Shown: one piece after another, positions 13,445 to 24,521 of the stretch
Layout: every line of letters starts with the position of its first letter
Position numbering within the stretch: position 1 is the first letter of the stretch
Source of the DNA: Octopus bimaculoides
Taxonomy: Eukaryota
Direction of reading: 5' to 3'
DNA length: 59,104 nucleotides
Assembly: GCF_001194135.2 (NCBI RefSeq)
Contig: NC_069004.1
Span: 33,267,383-33,326,486, forward strand
The notes under the pieces: model-generated
Databases searched by the model: none
What the model was told of the DNA's origin: nothing
Seen by the model: the letters and a program-made list of their open reading frames with translations, nothing else
Translations under genes and position numbers: made by a program

Positions 13445-16211
13445 CAGTGACATATAGACAGTTATACACATATGTACAGAATCCAAGAGAACTTCTACAT
13501 GGTTCTTCAATACACTGAAAATAGCAGCCAATTCTCCAAATCACACATTACCAGAAAAAAAAAAAGAAGGAAACGTAGCCAGAATAACGGAGTCTTGAAG
13601 ATGAGATCACCAGAGTTTGGACTCTCTTGATCATAGTCCTGCTCAATCAGGACTGACCTTGACTAAAAGACAACACATACATTAGTCATACTCCAACCAA
13701 AATGTCAATCATCAATTGCAGTCAGCAGGCACTGATTCCAGTGATGGATGGTAAACGAAGTTCTGCAGCTAATAGTAGTCGAGGTAGACTTGTCACAGGA
13801 ACAAAGGATGGAGACAGACTTAGTCAGAACTATTAATTTCAATCAATTCAATAGCTGAGTAGAAGATATGCTATTAGACAACCGATTCAAGGCTTGTTGG
13901 GTTCAAACCCACTTCAAGTGCTTCCGTTGTTTATTTGGGCCAAGCATTTTGATTCAGCTGTTAAGAATAAATGCCAGACATTTGGAGGAAATGTTAACTA
14001 TAATAGGCTTACATCCTATCCAAGTTTATAATCTACTTCATTAAATTCAAAATAATTCCTCAAAGACTTTAGAGATATATTAGTTCCACATTTTGGCACA
14101 AGGTCAGCAAGTTCAGTGCTCGTTTTGCCAATCCTGAAAGGATGAAAGGCAAAGTCGACCGAGGTGGACTTTGAACTCAGAATGTAACAACAAAATGCTG
14201 TTGAGCATTTTGCCCGACGTGCTAATGATTCTGCCAGCTTTAGATTTGCCAATAATCTTTCACCCTTTTACTTGTTTCAGTCATTGGACTGCAGCCATGC
14301 TGGAGCACAACCTTGATAGATAGATAGATAGAGAGAGACAGACAGACAGTGACAGGGAGAGAGAGAGAGAGACAGATAGACAGACAACACAACCTTGATA
14401 CAGTGAGAGAGACAGACAGGCAGTGACAGGGACTAACACTACGATCTAAACAAACCAACACCAGTAGTCAAGTGGTGCAGCAGAGGAAGGACAAACACAC
14501 ATACACACAACAGGCTTCAACAAAATTACTGTTTACATATTTCACCCACAAAGCATTGGTCAGCCTGGGGTTATAGAAAACACTTGCTCAAGCTGCTGTG
14601 CAGCAGAACTGAACCCAAAGCCACAAGGTTGCAAAGCAAACTTCTTACCCTCACACCCATGCCCTGTGCCTAAAAAATAAATTGAGAAAAGAAGGGACAG
14701 TGCCCATAAACCGTGCAAGTCCTTCTAGACTAGAGATATTAAAGCAGATGGCAATGACCCAGAATATCTGTTTGCAAGCCAATGTCTACAGGCATAAGGG
14801 TACATTCTGAGTGAACTTCACTTTAACTACACCCAATGAGCGATAATTAAAGTGGGTGGCATGTCTAGGCTTAACATCTGCAAGCAAACCCACCATGACC
14901 ACCTCCTAAGAGCTAAAACGAATCCTAACCATATTGGAGATACGAAACTAGTTAACAGGCTTCAGACTGACAATCGATTGTTTCAGCCTTCTACGACTGT
15001 TTTTATGCGCGCACACACACACACACATACAATATAAACCTATGGTTCTCGACTATAGTCCCTGTGACCCTGGTGGTNNNNNNNNNNNNNNNNNGGGGGG
15101 GGGGAGGGGGAAGGTCCCGATAAGATTTTGTTGCTAAAATTTATTTGCAATAAATTAGTTATACTTCTACAATTACACAAAGGGATTTTAATTTTTATTT
15201 TCTTATAAAAAATATATAGTACGATTATTTTTAAAACATCGAATGCCTGTGTGGGTCCGTTTGAGTAATGTAGGAATCAAGGGAGTCCCAGAGGTAAGAA
15301 ATGGTTGAGAAACTCTGATGGAAAAACCCCCCCAAAAACAGGCATTTATACAGACTGAAAGTTTATAAATCATAACACAGAAAAAACAGCAATTATAAAG
15401 ATCTTCAATCTAATAAAGAAAGAGGGTCATATATCTGGATAAAGACGTATTGTGTCCTGTCTGTCTCCCTCTCTCTCTCACTCACATAAATATAATATAC
15501 ACACATATATACACAGCAACAAAACCAGCAGAGAGAGAGGCGGGGCAGTAAAGGTCTACCTAACCATATAAGCAAAAAGCAAAAACTAGTACCAACTGTT
15601 TGTGTGTGTGTATTTGTGCGTATATGAGTGAACGAGAGAGAAGAAGACAGACAGGACAAACAATACATCTTTATCCAAATAAAAGAAAACTATGGGATCC
15701 TCTTCATGGCCGTTCTTCTTACTAGAAACAACAGCAACTCTAATTTCCCATTTTAAAAAGGGAAGGCTGTAAATTACGGGAGGGGCGTTTCGAGTCCAGT
15801 TAAATGGATTCGTTTTCTCCCCCCCCCTCTCTTTCTCTCTCTCAGACACCCAAATATATTGCAAGTCACTGCTGATGTTGCTAATGTGATTCAAAAAAAC
15901 GTGTTAGGCGAGATATTATTGCCTGTCTGTGTGTCGCACCCTCCCCGAGATGCAAGACTCTATAATTAATGATATCAAAAGATTACATTCGATAATATAT
16001 ATATATATATATATATACACACACCATGCCAGAAGGGATGCCCGTGGCTGGAACGCTTTTTATGGTAGATCTACTAAACCAGGAATGACCTGAGACTAAA
16101 CAATATTAATGAAAACATCATGCAGTCTAAGCCGTCGTCCAACCAATTAGAAATAACCATATCTCTCTCAAATCACGCTACTTCTTAAATATTTTCAAAA
16201 AGTGCACGTTG

Positions 16212-16247
<36 letters not shown>

Positions 16248-17438
16248 GCGGTGCTCCATTATGGCCGACGTTTAATGACTGAAACGTGTAAAAGATAAAA
16301 AAGACTTCGAATCAGAAGATTGTGAATTCGTGTCTCATCGTTGTCGAATAATCTTTTCAAAGCGGTGCTCCAGCATGGCTGCAGTCAAATGACTGAAACA
16401 AGAACACACACACCAGTATACACACACGCATCACCATCACCATCATAGAACGCGGCAGAGTCGTTAGTACGCCGGACAAAATGCTTAGCTGCATTTCGTC
16501 GTCTTTACGTCCCGAGTTCAAATTCCGCCGAGGTCGGCTTTGCCTTTTATCCTTTCGGGGGTCGATAAATTAAGTACCAGTTGTGTACTGGGGCCGATCT
16601 AATCGACTGGCCTCCACCCCAAAATGTCGGGCCTTGTGCCTAGAGTAGAAAAGATTATTATTATTATTTATTGCCGGAAGGCCGAGCGTTTCGTGTATCG
16701 CGCTGAATCTTTTGCCGAAGAACTCATGCTTTTGGTTCTATTTTCCTGTTTTTATAATCAAACTTCTCTCTCTCCCTCTATTATATACACACAGGCGCGT
16801 ACGCAATGTCTAGAGAGAGAGAGAAAAAGGCAGGATAGCCACGGCTGTAACGTCTTACATAAATAAACAACTGTGTGAGAGAGTGGGAGGAGGTCGGAGG
16901 CAAGGCAATAACATAAACAATAAAAAGACCGAAATCGCCTCACAAATAACGAGAGTGATGTTGAGAAGGGAGAGAACTCTCATTTGACTCTTTAGTGACA
17001 TCAGATAAGTTTGCTATTGAAAGCAGTTTGTGGACAAAGGAAAGTGGAGAAAAAAATCCCCTTTTTCTTGTTTACTTTTCTTTCGTTCGTTGTTTTGTTT
17101 ATTTATTTATTTTTGTAGTTTTAAAATATTTTCTACAAAATTATCAACATCATCAACAACATCTGGAGGCTTGTTTTTTGGGGTTTTTTTGCATGCAGTG
17201 TATTTATTGTATTGCACGCGAGTGCGTGTGTCTACATAGAAACAGCAGCAAACTGCAACTACGACATGCAGCATTCGTTGCATCTCCAGTCACCCCCTCT
17301 CTCTCTCTCTCTCTCTCTTCCCCTTTCTTGTTCTGGTTGACTTTTTAATAACTTCTCCCTTTCATCAATTTATTCATGCAATAATATCATGTACATTAAA
17401 TATATTATTAATTACATACGGTATGCAATAATAAATAA

Positions 17439-17478
<40 letters not shown>

Positions 17479-20400
17479 TGATGATGATTACAGGTATGCA
17501 ATATGTCAATATATTTTACCTGCAATTATTTATTGTTTGCGTTGAGCGATTGATTATTTAAGGAGAATCTGGGTCATAAAACTACCATCGAATAAACAAA
17601 CAATCATTTAAAATAATTTTAGGTCATTCTTTGCATTTTTAAGGGACCAAGAACACACACAGATACATACACCGGTATACACACACACACACGCATCATC
17701 ATCATCATCATAGAAGGCGGCAAGTTGTGTTTTTCTTGTGATGACAAAAACAAAAGAATGGTGAATGAAAGACAAGATGCTATGGGGCATTTTTAGTTAC
17801 GGCCCTTTACATTCTCGGTTCAAATTCCGAGAAGTCCTTTCTCTTTTTTTAACCTTCTGTCCTTCCAAGGGAGATAAAATATAATAAATATTTTTATTAG
17901 TCAAGTAAATAAACAAAAGGGTTTATGGGGCCGTGTGGTTAAAGTTCGTGTCTAAACCATGATGAAGCTTGAGGTTCAATTCCTGTGTACAGCAGTGATA
18001 GCTTGGGTAAACATTGCTAGTGGAATTTGCAAGAGGGAAACTGTACGGAAGCTTGCGTGTGTGTGTATGTCTGTGAGTATTAGTGTGTGTAGCTATAATT
18101 GTGTATCTATAAGTGTGCATAGGATGTGTGTATATGAGTGTGTGTGTGTGGGGGTATGTGTGTATGTTGTGTACCAAGATAAGTGTGCATAAGTATGTGC
18201 GAAAGTGTGTAAAATTGTGTAGAGGGGTATAAGTGTGTGTATATATCTGTGTGTGTGAGTGTAGCTATTTCAGAATACACAAAAATCACCTTATATTCTC
18301 ACTGTCCAGTGCAGCTTTGACCTGGTCATTGACACAATTCCACAGTAACTTACAGTTACACACTTAGTGGTTAATCGACAAAAATATATATATACACATA
18401 CACCTCTCCTAATACTGTTCTTCCTACCTAACTGCTTTTTCTCTATCCCTCCCCTCGCCACCAGTACAAATCTCACTGGTAATGCAATGCAATTTTGTTC
18501 ATGTTTATTTTTCTATCTCACAAAATATTGGTTTCAAATTTTGGCACAAAGCCAGCAATTTTGGAGGAGGAGTAAGCCATCGACCCCCAGGCTTCAATCG
18601 GTGCTTATTTTATCGACTCCCACCAAAAGGATGAAAGATAAATTTGATCTCAGTGGAATTTGAACTCAGAACGTAAACACAGACGAAACGCCACTAAGCA
18701 GTTCTTTGTGGCATTATCGAAGTAACGATTCTGGCAGCTTGCAGCTTATCTCACAGAAAATATTGATAAAACAAATGTGTCAGTACCAGTAATAAAATAC
18801 ATTGTACCAAACACACACACACAGACACCAACAAAGGGAAATGTTTTGGCCAGGCAGGAGCAAACTGCAACTCACAGGACCTTCTGAATGGCATAAGCCA
18901 TCTTTCATGTCGGCTGTTTCTTGAAAATGGTTACCGATGCCTACTCTAGGACAGCAGTTCTCAACTGTGGGTCCAAGAGCTGCACGTGGCCCTCAAACAA
19001 TCTTCTGGCAGCCCCTGAAGATCTTCCCTCTAGAAATATAAATTTTCTTTTGACTTTCTTCTTTTTTTTTTGTGGGGGGGGGGGGGGTACAACCCCCTAA
19101 AAAACATCCAGGTTTTAGATCTGGCCTGGATATCAATAGAAAGGTTGGGAATCACTGCTCTAGGCAGTCACTCAACATACTAGAAATAGCAGTTAAATCT
19201 TCCTCTCGAACAAAAGAAAAATACAAATGGAAGGATAGATTCACCTGTTTCTACATTCTGAGTTCAAATGCCACTGGCATGGGCTTTGCTCTTCGTCCTT
19301 TTAGGGTCAACAGAATAAGTACTAGCTGAGCACTGGGGTCAGTATAATTGCAGGCCTTATGCCAAATATCAGAAAGAATCATTATTACTGAGTGGCTGTG
19401 TGGTAAGTAATTTGCTTACCAACCACATGTTTCTGGGTTCAGTCCCACTGTGTGGCACCTTGGGCAAGTGTCTTCTACTATAGCCTCAGGCCGACCAAAG
19501 CCTTGAGAGTGGATTTGGTAGACAGAAACTGAAAGAAGCCTGTTGCGCATATATGTGTGTGTGTTTGTCCCTCCACCATTGCTTGACAACCAATGTTGGT
19601 GTGTTTACGTCCCCCATAACTTAGCGGTTTGGCAAAAGAGACCAATGGAATAAGTACTAGGCTGATGCAGAATAAGTCTTGGGGTCGATTTGCTCGACTA
19701 AAGGCAGTGCTCCAGCATGGCCGCAGTCAAATGACTAAAACAAATTAAAGAATAAAAGAAAAAAATACAGTTTTGATGACAAAAGACTGCTTTTATTGTC
19801 AGACAACAGGACTGGGAGAATAATTAGGGAAGTAGCAGTAATATAATTGGGTTGACAGTGTAAATAAGCAAGTGGCAGTAATACAATTGGGTCGAGAGGC
19901 TAAAATGGGACATACCCATATAATTAGGCTGAAAATAAATGAGTACCAGTCATATAAGTGGGTCAATAGTAACAGGCAGTGGGTTGAGAGCTGAATTCAA
20001 TTACCTAAAACACTCACACACCCCTCTACCCCAGGGGCTGTGCAGTGCCCAGTGAAACGAACTCCTTTTTCTCGTTATAATTTTGCAATCTTCTTTCTTC
20101 TGTCGCTCCACTTTTAAACTCATTCCTCCCTCCACCCATCTATGCCAGTCACATGACGATGCCAATGTCTTATTTTTGGTTTTAAGAATTCAGGAAGGAT
20201 GGTTTATACATTCACACACACACACCTCTGTCTATCCAATACACTACTCTAAACACCTATCTACTAACTGCTACAACTACTTTCACACCTAACATAGCTT
20301 TTATACACCAGAACAGAGAAACTGTTACAATTTTACCTTTGCCATCACCACCACCACCACCACACGAACAATAACCAAGTCAACAAAAAGGCCTCTACAC

Positions 20401-23400
20401 AGTCGCTTGACCTCTTAGAAATAGCAACCTTGAATCACACCTCAATTTCAAAAATAAGAACAGATGTACTAGATAATGAGTTCTTGTGTATAGGAGAAAT
20501 TTGGCTGCTATTTCTTGTAGGTCAAAGTCCTTCATTAAGATTTATTTGTTGGTTCAGGCTCAGTGGAGTATGAGGTAAAACTCTCACCGAATGGAGTATG
20601 AGGTGAAGCTCTCACCAAGTGGAGTATGAGGTAAAACTCTCACTGAGTGGAGTATGAGGTAAAGCTCTCACTGAGTGGAGTATGAGGTAAAGCTCTCACT
20701 GAGTGGAGTATGAGGTAAAGCTCTCACTGAGTGGAGTGAATAAAGCTCTCACTGAGTGGAGTGAATAAAGCTCTCACTGAGTGGAGTATGAGGTAAAGCT
20801 CTCACTGAGTGGAGTGAATAAAGCTCTCACTGAGTGGAGTATGAGGTAAAGCTCTCACTGAGTGGAGTATGAGGTATTACTTATCAAACCAATGGCAATA
20901 CAAATTAGACATAATTTAATATTAAAATATTCCAGCCTCCTTTGAACTCCATATACACAAACACACACACACACACAGAGATTATCTTATACATATGTAC
21001 ACACACTGCTTTTACATAATTCAGTCAAAAAAATACCCAGTAACAGGAATTTGTTTACATCCACTGAAGAACACACACACACACAGAATAAGTCACTTTA
21101 TACATACATACATAATTAACCAAGTTCCCCCCACCCCCCGCACACAACACAGATCAGTCTACATATAAACACACAAACACACACATACAGACTATACACA
21201 TCTAGTATGAGTAACTTTATACACATACACACAAAAGTATTAGTCAGCTTATTTACACACACACAGGGCATGAGTCAGTTAACACACACACACACACACA
21301 CAGGCACATTAAGTAAACTGTTTTTTTCTCTAGTTTTAAATCGATTCATTATAAACAAGCAGACAGATGTACACCACACCACTATCATCATCATCATCAT
21401 CATGGCTGGTCTAACAGCTCAAGTTCAACAAGTGCATTTCCATCCAACACGTTTCACTCTTTCCTCCTCCTCCCCACCTCTTCCCTGTTGAACAATAGTT
21501 TCTAAGGTCCTGTCCCTCGGTGACATCACTTCACACACAAACACTCACATATCCCCCCCCCCCGCGTCCCTCAATTCCCACCCACACCACAACCATTACC
21601 AATGGTGATAGTCAGTCTTATTACCAAGACTACCACCATTGTTGTCATCCAGACCAATCTTAATCACACTAAGACCACCATGACCACCACCAGCAGTTAA
21701 AGGAGTCTTTAAGAGCCAGTACTCAGGGGAGTTTTCATAGTGTTAAGTAAATCACAGTTACTGGGTTGGTTATAAGAATCACTGCCAACACCAAGGTACA
21801 TTTTTATCTATCTATCCATCCATCCATTCTTCTATCTACTTAACCAATCCATTCATTCCTCAATCTACCTATTCATTCTTCTATCTATCTATCTATCTGT
21901 CTATATATCTATTCATTCTTCTATTTATATATCTATTCGTTCTATCTATCTATCTATCTACCCATTCATCTATATATCTATCCATCTTATCTATTTTTCA
22001 GTCTAACAACCTATTTTTCTCTCTATCTACCTATCCACCTGTCTGTCTGTCTGTCTCTCTATCTATAACTATATTTCAATCTCTTTACCTATCTAATCTA
22101 TCTTTCAGTCTACCTACCTGCCTACCTTTCCCTCTATCTATCTATCCTTCTGGCTATCTATCCACCCACCCATCCATCCATCAACTATCCATCCAGCCAC
22201 CTTTTCTTTTATCTTTGTTTCAGTCTTTGAACTGTGGCCATGCTGTGGCACTGCCTTGACCCAGGTACAATTTGTTTTTTTTAAGCCTGGTACCTGTTGC
22301 ATTGGTTTCTTTGGCTGAGCAGAACGGGAAGTAAAGAATGGGAAGCAAAGCGCTCACTGAGAGGAGTACCAATACCAGCACCAGCACCCTATTGGCTATG
22401 ACAACCTGCAAAACTAAAATAAGAGGCCCCTTAGTTGGAAAATAAGGGCTAGGAACGGGAAAGTGATCCAGTCTTAAAATAATGTCTCAATAATATATTT
22501 GTCTAATCCATGCCAGCATGGAAAAACAGACAAAAACAAACAAGCACTTATTGGAAGTAATCTCTTAGCAAAACCGTTGTTGCTGTTAATTACTATGCTG
22601 CTTCTTCCTGTTTTCAAACAGCACACATCTGCACATCGCTAATTTTCATCACTTTATCTCTCCTGTTCAGCTTTGTCCTGCTGCTGTCATCATGTCTGGC
22701 AGAGAGCATTGGAGAGTTTACAGGAAAACAAATCTGGATTAAATATCATCATCACTTAATATCTGCTTTCCATGCTGGCATGGGTTGGATGGTTTGGCAG
22801 GATCTGACAGCTCTAAAGATGGCACCATACTCCAGTGTCTGCCTTGGCATGGTTTCTATGGCTAGGTGCCACCAACCACTTTACAGAGTGTGGTAGGTTC
22901 TTTTTATATGGCACCAGCACCAGTGAGGTCACCAAGTAACTTGCAACACAAGACTCCTAGAAATAATAACAATAATAATAATAATACTTTCTGATTTAAG
23001 CAGGACGCCAGCCATATACTGGGTACTTTTTTTATAGCACCAGCACTAGTGAGGTCACCATGACAGCCTGCAAAACTAAGACTCCCTTAGAAAGACTGGG
23101 GTTATAGTAGGAGGTTATAGTAGCAGGAGGCAGCTTTGTATTAGGAGGGGAGGAGTTAAAGAGAGAGAAAAGGGGCCAGAAGAGGACAGGTCTCTTATTG
23201 TAGGGGAACTATGTAACTGCTCCCATTTCAGAAGAAAGGGCAGGACACAAGTAGTTGGGGTTAGAATTGGAAAGAACTATGCAGAATTTAAGAGACGTGA
23301 TATGCATCAAGTGAAAAAAAAAGAAGCTTCATGTTTATTTTGGGGTTGAATAGTTTGTGCAGACATGCTTTTGTCATTAGGAAAGTAAACAAAAACAAAC

Positions 23401-24280
23401 AGAAGACGTTTGTACACATTAACTAAAAACTAGAGGGAATATTGGTTGGTAGTTTTCCTGTTTGGTCGTCATGGCAATGGTAGGTGGTAGATAAGAATGA
23501 AGCTAGTGTTTTTTCCTCTTTTGACTAAAAGCCTTGACTTTTTCTTTTTCAAGCACCACTTGAAGAGAAATGTGAGGGTGGAGCGTGAAGTGTTGTCCAC
23601 AAGAAAATTAGCTGAAACGTGGGTGACCATGGCTGAAAGACGAGAGAGAGAGAGTATGTGTGTGTGTGGGGGGGGGGAAACTTGAGAATAAAACAAGAGA
23701 GAAATTGGTTAGAATAACAATAAAGATGCTATCTTTGGAGTGTGGTTTTTGGCAATGATGAAACGGTCAACATTTTGTGGAAATATAGTCATCATCACCA
23801 CCATTTAACATCCACTTTTCCATGCTTGCAGGAGTCTGACAGAATTTGTTGAGGGAGATCTTCTACAGCTAGGTGCCTTTCCTGTCGCCAACTCTCATCA
23901 GCTTCCAAAGAGTAAAAGGAAAGACCCCTCCACCCCCCTTTGGTCATGAATGACCATGGGATTGCACCTAGAAAGTTACCCTCTGAGACATAGGTCCAGG
24001 TAAGGTTGTTTTATGTTGGCGTTAGGAAGGGCAACCAGCTGTAGAAACTCTGCCAAATCAGATTGGAGCCTGGTGTAGCCATCTGGTTTCACCAGTCCTC
24101 AGTCAAATCGTTCTACCCATGCTAGCATGGAAAGCAGATGTTAAACGATGATGATGATGATGTGTATCAAGAAAAGAGAAGAGAAGAGAACCATGATACT
24201 CACTGCCAGTTGGCCCATAAAATTTGACTATAAATTCATTCAGTCCACCGAGGATAGTCACTTCATGTTTGCTCTCGATA
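3130..24280 (-). CDS. UBE2H: UBE2H ubiquitin-conjugating enzyme E2 H, 5'-partial; join of exons 24204-24280, 11961-12035, 8041-8080, 6177-6229, 3831-3959, 3130-3248
   Basis: Spliced translation: [163 protein letters not shown]. Contains the UBC fold HPN motif, catalytic Cys (GTVCLDVI) and the UBE2H acidic tail. All junctions are GT-AG and phases chain correctly. Confidence 0.97.
3831..3959 (-). CDS. UBE2H: UBE2H coding exon 6 (129 nt), [43 protein letters not shown]
   Basis: Embedded in ORF 3769..4083; acceptor ttgtttcag, donor gtaaga; PNP.DPLN..AA motif. Confidence 0.98.
4021..4230 (-). mobile_element. SINE-like family B copy (CpG-decayed)
   Basis: ggatgaaaggcaaagttgacctcagcagaatttgaactca core shared with more than 10 copies in the window. 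Confidence 0.8.
6177..6229 (-). CDS. UBE2H: UBE2H coding exon 5 (53 nt), [17 protein letters not shown], carries the catalytic cysteine
   Basis: Acceptor acatttcacag, donor gtgagt. Confidence 0.97.
6720..7070. mobile_element. Fold-back / MITE-like element with ~140 bp imperfect inverted arms
   Basis: 6720-~6863 (ctgtcaacttaatgtgacagtc...) is the imperfect reverse complement of ~6928-7070 (...gactgtcacattaagttgacag); TA precedes the left end; right end abuts an N-gap. Confidence 0.75.
7071..7711. other. Assembly gap (N)
   Basis: N run. Confidence 1.
8041..8080 (-). CDS. UBE2H: UBE2H coding exon 4 (40 nt), [14 protein letters not shown]
   Basis: Acceptor tctgttgcag, donor gtaagt; HPN motif. 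Confidence 0.96.
8350..8880 (-). mobile_element. Decayed Helitron Rep/Hel (PIF1-like helicase) C-terminal fragment in UBE2H intron 3
   Basis: Translates as [45 protein letters not shown]...IPRIKL...[28 protein letters not shown]...FSHGQL..., then NIKV...TYTQNIV. These are Helitron helicase motifs with an in-frame stop and a frameshift. Confidence 0.9.
10960..11217 (+). mobile_element. Family C retro-element 3' end (RTE-like or SINE, (GAT)n-tailed in most copies)
   Basis: ggttggcattaggaagggcatccagttgtagaaac...caacccatgccagcatggaaagcagacgtt core. Confidence 0.8.
11578..11772 (+). mobile_element. Family C copy with (GAT)n tail
   Basis: Same core; ends gacgttaaacgatgatgatgatg. Confidence 0.8.
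11961..12035 (-). CDS. UBE2H: UBE2H coding exon 3 (75 nt), [26 protein letters not shown]
   Basis: Acceptor catctttttcag, donor gtaagt; classic E2 motif PYEGG.W...LP..YPFKSP. Confidence 0.97.
12335..12525 (+). mobile_element. Family C copy with (GAT)n tail
   Basis: Same core. Confidence 0.8.
12865..13160 (+). mobile_element. tRNA-derived SINE, family D
   Basis: A-box-like tggcttagtgg and degenerate B-box, then gagcaaaaaatttcacattgctcc body. Confidence 0.7.
13193..13445. repeat. (GA)n / (GAGAGATA)n microsatellite
   Basis: Direct reading. Confidence 0.95.
14090..14240 (-). mobile_element. SINE-like family B copy
   Basis: aaaggatgaaaggcaaagtcgacc...tttgaactcagaa core. Confidence 0.75.
15040..15317. 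mobile_element. hAT-type MITE, degenerate, interrupted by a short N-gap
   Basis: Left ctatggttctcgact and right ggttgagaaactctg resemble CAGTGGTTCTCAAC-type TIRs. Confidence 0.5.
15400..17350. promoter_or_regulatory. Candidate CpG-retaining (hypomethylated) regulatory island in UBE2H intron 2
   Basis: Visibly higher CG density than the flanks, (CT/GA)n tracts mixed with unique sequence, and a resident SINE copy that retains its CpGs. Confidence 0.4.
16448..16650 (+). mobile_element. SINE-like family B copy with CpGs retained
   Basis: gagttcaaattccgccgaggtcggctttgcc core with a B-box-like gttcaaattcc. Confidence 0.85.
18530..18737 (-). mobile_element. SINE-like family B copy
   Basis: Same core, reverse orientation. 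Confidence 0.75.
18952..19157. mobile_element. hAT (Charlie-like) MITE with 8-bp target site duplication
   Basis: Ends cagcagttctcaac / gttgggaatcactg; flanks ctctagga (18944-18951) and ctctaggc (19158-19165), a 7/8 match that fits the NTCTAGAN hAT target consensus. Confidence 0.8.
19388..19760 (+). mobile_element. SINE-like family A, near full-length, with an internal (TG/TA)n tract
   Basis: gagtggctgtgtggtaag...gggttcagtcccactg...gcaccttgggcaagtgtcttctactatagcc head; tRNA-like A/B boxes; ...gtgctccagcatggccgcagtcaaatgact tail. Confidence 0.85.
20563..20876. repeat. Minisatellite: 11 full units plus a partial, 28-bp unit gtggagtatgaggtaaagctctcactga and 25-bp variant gtggagtgaataaagctctcactga
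   Basis: Unit order AAAAAABBABA plus a partial A; no spacers. Confidence 0.95.
21800..22200. repeat. Degenerate (TCTA)n/(TCCA)n tetranucleotide tract
   Basis: Direct reading; similar tract at 9740-9930. Confidence 0.9.
24018..24162 (+). mobile_element. Family C copy ~45 bp from the UBE2H exon 2 donor
   Basis: Same core and tail. Confidence 0.85.
24204..24280 (-). CDS. UBE2H: UBE2H coding exon 2 (77 nt), [25 protein letters not shown]
   Basis: Acceptor aatttctcag and donor gtgagt on the minus strand; near-identical to the UBE2H N-terminal region as I recall it. Confidence 0.96.
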
Positions 24281-24521
24281 CTGAGAAATTGTGTTAAGGT
24301 ATTTAACAGACACAGCAGAGAATGTCATTCAAATTTAAACAATGAATACCAATAAATAAAACAAAAATAAAAAAAAAATTTAAATGATAAAAAAAGTGAG
24401 AATGATATCAAATTTAAATGACAGAAAAAAATTGAGAATGATAAATTTAAATGAAAGAAAAAAAATATTGAAAATGATATCAAATTTTATCATTTTTTGG
24501 TTGTTGGGACATCAGTGAAAA

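Noticed and set aside
15586-15894. 102 aa ORF ([18 protein letters not shown]...) as a possible gene or UBE2H exon
   Set aside because: No recognisable domain, includes (GA)n and (CA)n-derived residues, and has no convincing splice pair. More likely regulatory or UTR-like DNA.
18877-18943. Short minus-strand segment ending in a gtgagt donor (MAYAIQKVL or [11 protein letters not shown])
   Set aside because: No credible acceptor, truncated by a hAT MITE, and no similarity recognised.
20563-20876. 28-bp repeats resembling a CRISPR array
   Set aside because: Units are directly adjacent with no unique spacers, there are no cas genes, and the context is a eukaryotic intron.
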